DNA from: Octopus sinensis
Lineage: Eukaryota
Assembly: GCF_006345805.1 (NCBI RefSeq)
Contig: NC_043010.1
Span: forward strand, 63,054,001-63,118,000
Direction: 5' to 3'
DNA length: 64,000 bases
In this document: piece after piece, positions 23,955 through 36,599 of the stretch
Numbering within the stretch: position 1 is the first letter of the stretch
How the letters are laid out: the number at the start of each line of letters is the position of its first letter
The notes under the pieces: model-generated
The model's database searches: none
What the model saw: only the letters and a program-made list of their open reading frames with translations
Told to the model about the DNA's origin: nothing
Position numbers and translations under genes: made by a program

Positions 23955-24030
23955 CACACACACATACATATATATATACACACACACACACATACACACA
24001 CATGTAGATTTATATGTATCTACATACACA
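23055..24030. repeat. Six-unit tandem array (113-197 bp units) of microsatellite mosaic with fixed anchors
   Basis: AAGAAAACACACTA(A)GAC at ~23068, 23231, 23402, 23598, 23795, 23908; TGTAGATTTATATGTATCTACA in each unit. Confidence 0.9.
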
Positions 24031-25449
24031 CAGATATGCACATGCACACAGACACATGCATACGCAAGCATATATGTATAAAAGGGCAGAAAGACAAACA
24101 CATATATACGCATAAATACATCCAGATGAAATTGTATACAGACACACTCACGCTCACACACATACGGACACACACGTACACACGTACACACACACGTACA
24201 TACACGAATACATGCAAAAATATACTCATGTAGATATATTTTACCTGAGATCCATAAGAAATACAGAGTTGGGGTTAAATTAAAAATTAGAGTAAAAAAA
24301 AAGGTGTTTGGTTAAAGGTGATTATCCATACAATTGGTAGAAAAAACCTCCCTCTATGCTGTTTAAAATAGATAACAAAAAAAAAAACAAGAGATAAGGG
24401 AGATAACTCCAATAAAGGAACCATACAGGTATATGGACATGTAAGCACACACACACTCACACACATACACACACACACACACACACATAGAAAGATCATC
24501 ATACACACACAACCTCTCTCTTTCTCACACAAACTGTCTTTCTCTCTCCAATACATGCTTACTGTCTCTCTCTTTTTTATCTCTCTCTCTCTCTCGTACA
24601 CAGTCTCTCTGCCTCTCTCTTTCTCTCCTATGCACAAACTCTCTCATTCTTACAACGCACACACTCTCTCTCTCTCTCTCTCTCACTCCTCTTCTACATT
24701 CTCATTTCCTCTCCCCCCCTCCCTTCAGCTAACCTCCCATTCATTGATCCTTCATTTTTTTATTGCCTTCCCTCTCTCCACCCCTCATTCTTCCCTTTCC
24801 TCCCACTACTTCCCTATCACTTCCCCATCTTTTACTTTCTTTTTCTCTCTCTGTTTTTATTTTTTCCTTTCATCTTCATCAACATCATCATCATCTTCTT
24901 CTTCTTCTTCTTCTTCTTCTTCTTCTTCTTCTTCTTCAGTCACCACTTATTTTTTTCTTATAACTTTAACCTTTGACCTTCAGCTTCGTCTTCTATTTTC
25001 TCCTCCCCTTCACTCCCACCTTCAAATCTCTTTTTTTTAAAAATTCTTTATATCATTATGAAAAAGAAAAGAAGATTTTCCCCCTAAGAGTTGTCTTTTA
25101 ACCAACAAACATCTTTGGCACAATTCAACATCTACTACTCCATTATTAACTTGTTACCCAGGGACGCAGAAAACTAGGTTCGTCCTCACACATTTTTATT
25201 GTATATACAATTATTTCAAACAGCTATTTTGGGGGTTTTTTGGTAGTTCAATATGGTCACTTCTGGGATAATGAGAAAAGGTGTCAGCTAGCTTATAGCA
25301 GCTGTACCAGGAAATACACACCCAGTTGTTTGGGAAATACTGAAACCGATTTAAAGAAGAAAGATAAAGAGAATGAGCAGTGCCCCAGCATGGCCGCAGT
25401 CTAATGAGTGAAACAGGTCAAAGACAGAAGATAAAAGAAGAATAAATGA

Positions 25450-25880
25450 TGATGGAACAAACATTTGCCTGATTGTGACTTAGAAAATGTCATAATTTGA
25501 CAATTGAAAGCACCAACATTCAAATCATTCAAAAGAGCACTTCAAAGAACAACAGCAATTGATCTTTTGCCAGCATTGCAAGCCAAAGGGAAACATGCAA
25601 CATTGGTTAAATTGAAATAAAGGGAAAAAGCTTGGAAAAGGCATGATACAAAAGAGAGTACCTCTTTGCCCTCACAATTTAAACAGGAAAGCATGAGGGA
25701 AAAAATGACATTTGTTTGTCAAGAAAAACATAGAAAAAAAAAAGGCTTTCATATACTGCTGAAGGAGAAATTTGAGGAAGTTCTGATCAATGTGAAATAA
25801 GGTGTCTGTTCTGTCAACTGGGGTAGGGCATAGAGAAACATATATTTCATCATCAGGACACAAGAAGAGATGATATGTTT
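25450..25880 (-). pseudogene. Two candidate decayed cadherin-like segments
   Basis: LCPDDEIYVSL..TDTLFHIDQN and LACNAGKRSIAVVL*SALLNDLN. Confidence 0.3.
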
Positions 25881-26016
25881 GGAGAGAATTGCTTCATCTC
25901 ACCCATGAACACACACTTAGAGTCATGTAAAACTTGTTGTGATGATACGGACAGATAGTGCACACAGAGATGATCCAAAACAATGTTACTGATGAAGACA
26001 CACACACACACACATA

Positions 26017-26193
26017 CGCATAGGAGTGGCTGTGTGGTACGTAGCTTGCTTACCAACCACATGGTTCCGGGTTCAGTCCTACTGTGTGGCACCTTCGGCA
26101 AGTGTCTTCTACTATAGCCTTGGGCTGACCAAAGCCTTGTGAGTGGATTTGGTAGGCGGAAACTGAAATAAGCCTGTCGTATATATTATGTGT

Positions 26194-26227
<34 letters not shown>

Positions 26228-26459
26228 CATATAATATATGTATGTATGTATGTGTGTGTATACGTTTGTGTGTGTGTTTGTCGCCCCACCATCGCTTGAC
26301 AACTGATGCTGGTGTGTTTACGTCCCCGTAACTTAGCAGTTCAGCAAACGAGACCAATAGAATAAGTACTAGGCTTACAAACAATAAGTCCTGGGGTCGA
26401 TTTGCTCGACTAAAGGCAGTGCTCCTGTATGGCTACAAGTAAAAGAGTAAAAGAGAGAG
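26017..26459 (+). mobile_element. SINE family 2, full length
   Basis: A/B boxes, CORE-like segment, tail. Confidence 0.9.
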
Positions 26460-26463
26460 TACG

Positions 26464-26631
26464 TGTAGATTTATATGTATCTACATACACACAGATATGC
26501 ACATGCACACAGACACATGCATACGCAAGCACATATGTATAAAAGGGCAGAAAGACAAACACATATATACGCATAAATACATCCAGATGAAATTGTATAC
26601 AGACACACTCACGCTCACACACATACGGACA
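26464..26631 (+). repeat. 168-bp copy of 24003-24170
   Basis: One substitution by eye; starts right after the SINE tail. Confidence 0.9.
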
Positions 26632-27240
26632 ATGTTGCTGACGAAGCCCATGTGAAGACCCCAGTTCTAATGACCCTTCAAGACCACAAGGCCTTACCAG
26701 AAGTGAACCCCATAGAAATTGTTGCTATTGATGATGTTAGCCAAAGATAAGCCCTGACCAAACAGCCCCTATTAGCAAAGGATTTGCTGCTGTCACCATT
26801 AATGTGCAGAGGACACTCAGTATCACAACATTTAATATATTTTCAAAAGATGATCAAGTGTTATTTGAAGGAGATTTGGTTGCTATTTCTAGCAGGTCAA
26901 ATGACTACATAGAGGCTACATCAGATTAGAGGTACCTTTCATTTCCCAGCATATATCTACCACCCTCTCTTCTAAAATCTCCCACAGTCAAAAGGTTCTT
27001 AGTCTGGCAAGTTACATGGTAACCTCACCTGTGTTGGTGCCATACAAAAAAAGAACACCTAGTCTATATTGCAAAGTGATTGATATTAGGATGGGCATCC
27101 AGCTGTAGACACCATATCAAAGCTAAGATGGGAACATAACGCAGACTTTGGGCTTGTTATTCGGTTTCTCTTTCACCATTAACTCATAACTGTATCAAAC
27201 ATGGACGTTAAATGACAAAAGATGATGACAATAATATGTG

Positions 27241-27840
27241 TCATCATCATCATCATTTAACGTCCATTTTCCATGCTAGCATGAGTTGGATGGTTCGACT
27301 GGGGTTTGGGAAGCCAGGAGGCTGTGCCAGGTTCCAGTCTGATCTGGCAGTGTTTCGACAGCTGGATGCCCTTCCTAATGCCAACCACTCTGTGAGTGTA
27401 GTGGGTGCTTTTTACATGCCACCGGCACAGGTGCCAGGGGAGGCTAGCAATGACCATGATTGGTTGGTGCTTTTTTATGTGCCACCGGCACGGACGCCAG
27501 TAAAAGTGGCGCTGGCATTGGCCATGTTCAGATGGTGCTTTTTACGTGCCACCAGCACAGGTATCTTAACTACAATTTCCATTTGATTTTTATTTTGATG
27601 TTGATGTACTTGACTCAATAGGTCTCCTCAAGCACAGCAGGTTGCCCCACGATCCAAGGTAAACACAGCAGGCCATCCTGCGAGCCATGAACTCACTTCA
27701 TTTGTTGGGTCTTCGAAGTCAAAGCATATCTCCAGAGGTCTCAGTCTGTCGTCATTGCCTCTGTGAGGCCCAACATACGAAGGTCATGCTTGACCACCCC
27801 ATCCCATGTCTTCCTGGGTCTACCTCTACCCCAGATTCCT
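27241..27840 (-). mobile_element. RTE LINE 3' end (ORF end plus UTR)
   Basis: RGRPRKTWDGVVKHDLRMLGLTEAMTT on minus; (GAT)n tail. Confidence 0.8.
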
Positions 27841-27999
27841 TCAACTGTTTGTATGTGTGTATATATATATATATACACATACACACACACATATATATAT
27901 TTATTCATTAATATTTAGCAGAACAGAGTGATTTGAGGTGCAAGAGCTTTGTGTGTTGGCACTTATCAAATATATGGGTATATATATATATATAGGGAA

Positions 28000-28171
28000 A
28001 GTTTATGAAAAAAAAAAAGACAAAGACAGGTGATGTACAAAACAAACAGATGTATTAGTATAACGCTCAGGAATAGAAAAAGTCTTTTACACTTCGAGCC
28101 TAGGCTCTTCTACAGAAAGGGACATAGAAAAAACAAGGAGAGAAGAAAAATGTGTGTAGTGGCTAACGGAT

Positions 28172-28175
<4 letters not shown>
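28000..28175 (-). mobile_element. TA-embedded Penelope-pLTR-like element, family C, with hammerhead-like motif (28084-28119)
   Basis: Homologous to 57990-58175 and 57455-57585; core CTGTAGA, GAAA mutated to GAAG. Confidence 0.65.
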
Positions 28176-28203
<28 letters not shown>

Positions 28204-28929
28204 TGTCAATTCAAATAAATAAACAATTCAAATAAACAAATAAAGCATGAAAAGAAGCAAAGCAACAATTGTGAGGACGTGCAGAAGGAGTGTAATTAGC
28301 TTGATGCTTGGTGAAAGGAGAGATGGTGATGGGCGTCCACTGGGGATTGAAGAAGACCATCACTGACCAGTGTCCATGTAAAATGCCAGCTATGTCCATG
28401 CAGTTGCACAGTCTAAAATCCTTATGTCCAATAAGGCTTGCACGGCATCTCACAGACCTTCTGAATTCAGTGTCAAGATGGTCACAGAATCAAAAACATG
28501 GGAGCATCATGATCTCATGCACAAGCAAAAGACCCCTAAAATGGCCAATGCCGTTCCATACTTCACTGGTATTATATCAGTGTGACCTTCTCCTAGAGAC
28601 ATGCTTTAACAAAAAGCTAAGGGCTGCCTCACTCCCAGTGGTCCCCGAGCACACCAGACACCAACCTGGGATTTCTGAGGGCCTGTGCTATTACTAAATA
28701 GTCGTTGAACCTACACTAGGTTCACCCATCCTTTTGACAAGCCTTGTTTCTAGTCCTGCTGGATTTCTGGCAACCTTCCTCTCCCAGGAAGCCTAGTGGC
28801 AGTACCATTTCAGTCTCTGACGACTCAAACAGGCAACAAGTTGTTCTGAATTCCACGTTTCTAGTAGCACTCATGAGAGACCTCACAAGTGACCTGACCC
28901 CCCACCCCACGTACACACACACACATGCA

Positions 28930-29130
28930 TATCATCATCAGTATCATCATTCAACATCTGTTTTCCGTGCTTGCATGGGTCGGACAGTTTGACTGGAGCT
29001 GGCAAGGCCAGAGAGATGCACCAGGCTCCAGTCGTCTGTTTTGGACCTAGTTTCTACGATTCAATGCCCTTCCTAATGCCAACCACTTTACAGAATGCAC
29101 TGGAAGCTTTTATATGGCACCAGCACCAGT
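28930..29130 (-). mobile_element. RTE 3'-UTR fragment, older
   Basis: Diverged tail. Confidence 0.7.
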
Positions 29131-29199
29131 ACTTCATGTATGGCACCAGCACATGTATGTGTGCCTACAAATATGTGTGTGTGTGTGTGTGTGTGAATA

Positions 29200-29505
29200 T
29201 TCTTTTTCTTTCTTTTTCCCCGTCTGTCTTGATAGACAATGGGTTGCGCCAAGGGTGGGGCCTACTTTGATGACGAGCAGCGTCTGCTGTGACTGAATAG
29301 TCCAATTCTGGAGTGGCAGTCCTTGGTACAGTTGCTGCACACGAACATCGATGGGTACGTCTTGGGTGTTGCTGCAGTTGTCCTCTTCCTGTCCCGCCTG
29401 TCCAACCACAATTGTGCTCTCCTTTCCTCAGCCATGGAAACGCCCTTCCTCACCGTCCGACGCCAGGCAGAGCGGTCAGCAGCTGTTTCCTCCACGTGTC
29501 CACAC
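29200..29505 (-). mobile_element. RTE (BovB/RTE-1-like) 3' end with C-terminal zinc knuckle
   Basis: WEETAADRSAWRRTVRKG...FVCSNCTKDCHSRIGLFSHSRRC*; short UTR with GAAAAA-type tail. Confidence 0.85.
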
Positions 29506-29553
<48 letters not shown>

Positions 29554-29790
29554 TTCGTTTTTGGATTTGGTTGCAAGATTCTTTATATGAGTTTGTGTGT
29601 TGAAGCATATTCTGTTGTGTCTGGGGAGAGTCATTCTCTTTTTGTGCCTTATAATGTAACATACTCACTGGTAAAATTTCCACTTTTCTCTTATTTTTAT
29701 TTTCCTAAAATTTTTGTGTCTTGCAACCTTTTCAATATATATATATATATATATATATAGATATAGATGAGATGTATGTATATATATATA

Positions 29791-29992
29791 TTCTTTATTT
29801 GTAAATTAAGGCTACCATTGGTTTCATGTTAAAAAGAGTAGGAAAATATCCAAGTGTCTTAACAAGATTGTTTTCCAAAATGGAGGCGAACACCTTTCTT
29901 CATGTGATTGGCTTGAAAAATTAAGAGACTTGGATATTTTACTACACTTCTTAACACGAAACCAATGGTAGCCTTAATCTACAAATAAAGAA
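29791..29992. mobile_element. Fold-back MITE (~200 bp)
   Basis: ~65-bp TIRs TTCTTTATTTGTARATTAAGGCTACCATTGGTTTC...AAAATATCCAAGT. Confidence 0.85.
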
Positions 29993-30058
29993 ATTATTTA
30001 TCCAACAATGCAGTGTAGAGCACTCATTTCCTCGTTTGACATTTACATATATATATAT

Positions 30059-31641
30059 CATCATCATCATCATCATCATCATTTAGCGTCCGTTTTCCAT
30101 GCTAGCATGGGTTGGACGGTTCTACTGGGGTCTGTGAAGCCAGAAGGCTTCATCAGGCCCAGTCAAATCTGGCAGTGTTTCTACGGCTGGATGCCCTTCC
30201 TAACGCCAACCACTCCGTGAGTGTAGTGGGTGCTTTTTACGTGCCACCCGCACTGGTGCCAGACAGAGCTGGCAAATGGCCACGAACGGATGGTGCTTTT
30301 TATGTGCCACCGGCACGAGGGCCAGGCGAGGCTGGCAACGGACACGAAACGGGGCGGTGCTGGCAACGGTCGCGAAACGGAAAGTTCTCTTACATGCCAC
30401 CGGCACTGGTAACACATCTGCAATTTCCATTGATCGATTTCCATTGATCAATTTCGATTCTGATCCTCACTGCCTCAATGGGTCTTCACAAGCAGAGTTT
30501 CGACATGCCACCGGCACTGGTAGCACATCCGCAATTTCCATTGATCGATTTCGATTCTGATCCTCACTTGCCTCAACACGTCTTCACAAGTAGAGTTTTG
30601 TGTCCCAAGAAGGAAGGTATGCATACGTAGGCTGGCTCCATCCCATGTAGAAGGCCACGGGTTGTGGACTCACTTGTCCTGCCGGGTCTTCTCGTGCACA
30701 GCACACTTCCAGAGGTCTCGGTCTCTAGTCATTTCCTCAGTGAGACCTAAAGTTCGAAGGTCGTGCTTCACCACCTCGTCCCAGGTTTTCCTGGGTCTGC
30801 CTCTTCCACAGGTTCCCTCAACCGCTAGGGTGTGGCACTTTTTCACACACTATCTTCATCCATTCTCGCCACATGACCATACCAGTGCAAACGTCTCTCT
30901 TGCACACCACAACTGATGCTTCTTAGGTCCAGCTTTTCTCTCAAGGTACTTACACTCTGCCGAGTGTGAGTACCGGCATTACACATCCATCGGAGCATAC
31001 TGGCTTCATTTCTAGCGAGCTTACGCATATCCTCAGCAGTCACGGCCCATGTTTCACTGCCATGTAGCATGGCTGTTCGTACACACGCATCATACAGTCT
31101 GCCTTTCACTCTGTGCGAGAGGCCTTTTGTCACCAGCAGAGGTAAGAGCTCTCTGAACTTTGCCCAAGCTATTCTTACTCTAGCAGTTACACTTTCAGCA
31201 CACCCGCCCCCGCTGCTGACTTGGTCACCTAGGTAACGGAAACTATCAACTATTTCTAGTTTTTCTCCCTGGAAAGTGACGGAAGTTGGTCTCAGAGCAT
31301 TTTCAGTGTTTATTGTTCCTGAGCATCTGCCACACACAAAAACCATCTTCCTAGTTAGCCTTCCTTTGACATTGCTGCATCTCTTATGTGTCCATTGCTG
31401 CATCTCTTATGGTGCATCTTATAGAGTTTCTACCTACACCTTTTCTACAGATCGAGCAGGGCCATCTACCTGAAGGTGTTTGTGATTTGTCTACCTTCCT
31501 ACTGATTACGACTTTGGTTTTAGCTAGATTGACTCTGAGGCCCTTCGATTCTAATCCTTGTTTCCACACCTGAAACTTCTCCTCCAGTTCTGATAGCGAC
31601 TCAGCAATTAGAGCAAGGTCATCAGCATAGAGGAGCTCCCA
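30059..31641 (-). mobile_element. 5'-truncated RTE-clade LINE (RT from YADD onward, PHD-like insert, thumb, repetitive 3' UTR, (GAT)n tail), disrupted
   Basis: ELLYADDLALIAES...GLRVNLAKTKV; FRYLGDQVS...AWAKFRELLPLL...YDACVRTAMLHGSETW...RLHWYGHVARM; RGRPRKTW; frameshifts near 31390 and 30845. Confidence 0.95.
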
Positions 31642-31659
31642 AGTATATATATATATTCA

Positions 31660-31870
31660 AAATGTGACCGCGTGTGTACCGTTGGCGATTTTTTTCCTCC
31701 GTCTTCCATTCTCTGGATCATTCCTTTTCCTATGTTTCTGATGAAGAGCTCCGCTTGAAACTTTTAACCCTCCTTCTTCCCTTCCTTCCTGAGCGTCCAA
31801 TAATACTATATTTGTTCCACGTCCTCGCGTTGTTGTGTTTTCTCTTTGCGTTTTCATGTTTGGATTAACT
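31660..31870 (+). mobile_element. Family B pLTR-like element (degenerate hammerhead 31734-31768)
   Basis: Homologous to 5217-5420. Confidence 0.75.
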
Positions 31871-31889
31871 ATATATATATATATATATA

Positions 31890-32151
31890 TAATAATAATA
31901 TGAGGGAATATTATTCTAAACTTACAGGGAAAAATTCAGTTTAGAAATACTAAATTAAATTTCACCAAATATAATATATATATATATATATAAATTAGAA
32001 AAAACCCAGCTTTTATCAATTCAATAATGAAAAATTAAATTATACCATCTAGAAGAATTACATCTTATAGTAAGATTAATATAAGATAAAACATATAATG
32101 ATGATTAATTAATGTGCAAAATAATAAATAAAACGTATATACTGGTAGAAT

Positions 32152-32158
<7 letters not shown>
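31890..32158 (+). mobile_element. AT-rich TA-embedded repeat, family F
   Basis: AAACTTACAGGGAAAAATTCA segment recurs inverted at ~13600-13670. Confidence 0.5.
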
Positions 32159-32183
<25 letters not shown>

Positions 32184-32198
32184 GTATTTTTTTTTTTT

Positions 32199-32404
32199 TA
32201 CTTGTTTCAGTCATTTTGACTGCGGCCATGCTGGAGCACCGCCTTTAATCGAGCAACTTGACCCCGGGACTTATTCTTTGTAAGCCCAGTACTTATTCTA
32301 TTGGTCTCTTTTGCCGAACCGCTAAGTGACGGGGACATAAACACACCAGCATCGGTTGTCAAGCTATGCTAGGGGGACAAACACACTCACACAAACACAC
32401 ACAC

Positions 32405-32443
<39 letters not shown>

Positions 32444-32593
32444 TACGACGAGCTTCTTTCAGTTTCCGTCTACCAAATCCACTCAAAAGGCTTTGGTTGG
32501 CCCAAGGCTATAGCAGAAGACACTTGCCCAAGATGCCACACAGTGGGACTGGACCCGGAACCATGTGGTTGGTAAACAAGCTACTTACCACAC
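32199..32593 (-). mobile_element. SINE family 2
   Basis: As above, head slightly clipped. Confidence 0.9.
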
Positions 32594-32915
32594 ATATAAA
32601 GACCTCTGCAAAAGAGACTTGAAGGCTCTTAGAGTAGATCTCAACAGCTGGGAAACTATAGATGCAGTGAGAACATCTTGGCAGTCAAAAATCAGGGAGG
32701 CCCTCCAAAGGTTTGGAATGTGCCAAGATAAAAGACGAATCAGAAAAATCTGGAAGTGAAACAGTAAACCCAGCGGCAGAGTTTGTGTGCATTCCTTGTG
32801 GAAGAGACTGTTATACGTGCATTGGTCTGGCAAGCCATACCTGTCGCTGTTCCTAGACACCCTCTTAGAGCACAAACTCCATGAACTCTCAAGATCGATG
32901 GATGCCAAAGAACAT
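32594..32915 (+). mobile_element. Decayed RTE (BovB-like) 3' end
   Basis: YKDLCKRDLKALRVDLNSWET...W and EFVCIPCGRDCYTCIGLASHTCRCS*; tail CTCAAGATCGATGGATGCCAA. Confidence 0.75.
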
Positions 32916-33009
32916 ATATATATATATAGATGTATAGATGTATACATGCCTAAGAGTATAGTAATCTCTTCTTTGCCTGTAAAATGCCCTTGTGGCCAAT
33001 AAAGAGAGC

Positions 33010-33109
33010 NNNNNNNNNNNNNNNNNNNNNNNNNNNNNNNNNNNNNNNNNNNNNNNNNNNNNNNNNNNNNNNNNNNNNNNNNNNNNNNNNNNNNNNNNNN
33101 NNNNNNNNN
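33010..33109. other. Assembly gap (100 N)
   Basis: Directly visible. Confidence 1.
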
Positions 33110-34660
33110 GAGTAACATGATAGAGTGGTAGGGAGGGATATGAGAAGGGGGTAGTAGTATGAGGAAGTGATTAGGAAGGAGGAGAGAGAGAATTAGGGTA
33201 ATAATGAATGTAGGTAGGAGAGGGTTGGTGGAATGGAAGAGAAAGTAGAGAGCTGTGATGGAGGGGATGAGGCAGAGGTGGGAGAGACATGCAGAGAGAG
33301 AGGGGGATAATGTAGAAGGAAGGGGACTACAGAAGTGTGGAGAGAGAGTGAAGGAGAGGAACTGCTTAATGAGGGCGATGGTGGTGGAGGTAGAGAGACA
33401 AAGAGAGAGAGAGGGGGGGAAGGAGATTGTAATATATGTATGTGAGGTGGACAGGAGGGAAGGGTCTTATAATGGAGAATGTGTGTATGAAAGGAAAAGA
33501 GAGGGAGAGTGTGTGAAAGAGTGTTTTGTGTGAGAGGGGGAGAAAGTGAGGGAAAGAGAGTATAATGTGTGTGTGTGGAAGGAAATTGTACAGTGAATGT
33601 GTGAAGGAGAGAGAAAGAAAGAGTGTAATAAATGTGTGTGTTTGTGAAGAGAAAGTAAAAGAGAGAAGGTGTTTGTGAATGTGGCAGAGAGAGAGAGAGA
33701 GAGAGAAGCTATGTGTGTGTGTGTGTAATGAATGTGTAAGAGAGGAGTGGTGGTGGCGGGGAAGTGAAGCTGAGATATGTGTGTGTGTGTTGTATACTTT
33801 GTGTGTGTGTGTGTGTGTGTGTAATCATCAGAAAAAAGGGGGAAAGCAAATGAAACAAGACAGAGAGACAGACGGACAGACTGACAGACATGTAGAGAGA
33901 GATTTTGTTGTAATCAGAGAATGGGAGAGTTGAAATGTGTGTGTGTGTGTGTGTGTATTTATGTTTATTAGTTTGTGTAGATGGTGTGTGTGTGTGTGTG
34001 TGTATATATGTTTGAGTTTGTGTAGATGTGTAATGTGTGTGTGTGTTTATGTATTTTATGTTTAGGAGTTTGTAGATATGTGTGTGTATGTATATATATG
34101 TTTGAGTTTGTGTGTGTGTGTGTGTTTATGTTTATGAGTTTGTAGATTTGTGTGTGTGTGTGTATATATATGTGTGTATTTATGAGTTTGTGTAGATGTG
34201 TGCGTGTGTGTGTTTATGAGTTTGTGTAGCTGTGTGGTGTGTGGTATATACATATGTGTGTGTGTGTAACAATGAAAGAGAAAGTGTATTAAAAAAAGAA
34301 GAGGGGGAAGTATGAGTGTAAAATAAGAGGGAGAAGTTGTGTGTGTGGATTTATGAGCTTTGCGTGTGTGGTGTGTGTGTGTGTGTGTGTGTTGTGCATG
34401 TGTATGATTAATTCTATGTAAGATGTGTGTACATGTGTGTAGGCAAGGATAAAGTGACTGGTTTATGAGGAAGGGATAGGAAGTGTGTGTGTATGTGTAG
34501 TTGTATTTATTTATCTATCTATGTATATATATATATATATATACATATATACACATATATCTATATCTATGTCTGTGTATTTATGTGTGAGTGTATGTTG
34601 TCTGTAATGGTAATAATAGCAGTAATGGTGGTGGCAGTGGCAGAGGTAGTGGTGGTGGTG

Positions 34661-34692
<32 letters not shown>

Positions 34693-34985
34693 GGTGGTGG
34701 TGGTGGTGGTGGTGGTGGTAGTAGTAGTAGTGGTGGTGGTGGCAGCAGTAGTAGTAGTAGTAACAGCAGCAGCAGCAGTAGTAGTAGTAGTCATTATTAC
34801 AGTAGTAGCAGGTGGTGGAGGCCACACATACTGTTGTTGTTCTTGTCATCATTAGTGCTGTATGATGACGGTGGTGGTGATGATGATGATGACAATGATG
34901 GTGTTGCTGGTGATGGTAGTGACAGTGGTGATGATGATGATGATGATGACAATGATGGTGGTGGTGATAAGGAGGAGGAGGAGGT
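33110..34985. repeat. GA-rich, GT-rich and GGT/AGT/GAT low-complexity tracts
   Basis: Directly visible. Confidence 0.9.
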
Positions 34986-35771
34986 CTGGAACAAACACAG
35001 TAATTAGCATTTTCCCAAACATTTCAGTCATTTTCCTTAGTTAAATAAAGATGATGTTGTGGCTTTCATTCATTTCCCCAATATCCAAACAAAAACTTCT
35101 AAACTGACAGAATTATCAGAGCCTCAGAGAAAAATACTTTGGAAGTTTTGTTCCTACTTTCTTTGCATTCTGTGTTCAAATCTTGCCAAAGTCAATCTTT
35201 TGCTTCCATCCTTTCTGGGCCAATAAGATTAAAGTACCAGTTATATACTGTGGTTGATGGCATTGACTGACACCCACCTCTCGGAACTGCTGGCCTTGTG
35301 TCTAAGTCAGAAACTGGCAGAGTCGTTAATGTCCTGGACACAAAGCTTGGGCATATATTTCTTCGTTTTTTTTTACATTCTGAGTTCAAGTGACACCAAG
35401 GTCGACTTTGCTGTTCACCCTTGCAGGGTCAATAAAATAAGTTACAGTTGAGCACCGGAGGCCCTTTGGACACAAACAATAGCAGGACATGCTTTTACCC
35501 AAACAAATACATACACACACATACAAACATATATATTTTTACCGTTTACTTGCTGAAGTCATTGGATGGCAGCCATGGTGGGTAATCACCTGAGAGAGTT
35601 CGTTGACCCAGTACTTATTTTTTTATGCTTGGTACTTATTCTGTTGGTCTCTTTTGCTGAACCACTAAGTCACAAGGATATAAACAAACCAACACCTGTT
35701 GTCATAGAATGGTGGGTGGGTGGGGCACACACAATCACAAAACACATGCACATATATACATATATATATAC

Positions 35772-36095
35772 TCTTTTACTTGTTTCAGTCATTTTACTGT
35801 GGCCATGCTGGAGCACCGCCTTTAGCTGAGCAAATCGACCCCATGACTTATTCTTTGTAAGCCTAGTACTTATTTTATCGGTCTCTTTTGCCAAACCACT
35901 AAGTTACAGGTACGTAAAAACACCAGCATTGGTTGTCAAGCAATGTTGGGGGACAAACATACACACACACACACACACATATATATATACATATATACGA
36001 TGGGCTTCTTTCAATTTCCGTCTACCAAATCCACTCACAAGGGTTTGGTCGGCCCGAGGCTATAGTAGAAGACACTTGCCCAAGGTTCCACGCTG
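35772..36095 (-). mobile_element. SINE family 2 (further fragments at 35590-35740 and 36130-36285)
   Basis: Tail, body and CORE-like segment. Confidence 0.85.
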
Positions 36096-36599
36096 TGGGA
36101 CATATACATATATACAAACATGCACACAACATGCTTCTTTCAGTTTCTATCACAAGGGTTTGGTTGGCCCAGGGCTTTATAGTACAAGAGAGACTTGCCC
36201 AAGGTGCTGTGTGGTGAGGCTGAACCCAAGACCACATGGTTGGGAAACCAGTTTCTTAACCACACAGCCATGCCTGTGCCTAGCCACACATATGTGCATT
36301 TTTAGAATATATATATCTCATGTCTCTGGGTGATAAATGTGAGATGCAACGAATCACTGCCTAAGAAATGTCCCTCCTAACGCATGCCAGCATGCAAATG
36401 CAGATGTAAAAACGGATGATAGTGATAACCGTTTGTGTTTGTGTTGGTGTTAAACGTTATAAACCTGTAAGGGAGATAACTCCCTGTGTAGACTTCAACT
36501 AAGTGTACTCTGTCATTTCATATCAAAATGTGGATGAAAGAAGTAACAAAACTAAAAACAATTTACTAAATCCCTTTCAATAATGTACATCACCTTGAC

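Noticed and set aside
20114-24233. Many ORFs rich in YI/HT/CV/VY (also 39.5-41, 45-47 and 52-53.8 kb)
   Set aside because: Translations of dinucleotide and tetranucleotide microsatellites.
26690-26860. Further cadherin-like exon (TLMVTAANP)
   Set aside because: Overlaps a dispersed repeat also seen at ~43970 and ~44280, showing that such motif matches can be spurious.
28210-28900. L1/Tx1-like 3' remnant
   Set aside because: Looks like old retroelement sequence, but no diagnostic motif could be read.
32585-33118. 177-aa ORF spanning the gap
   Set aside because: Artefact of N translation plus the antisense strand of an RTE remnant.
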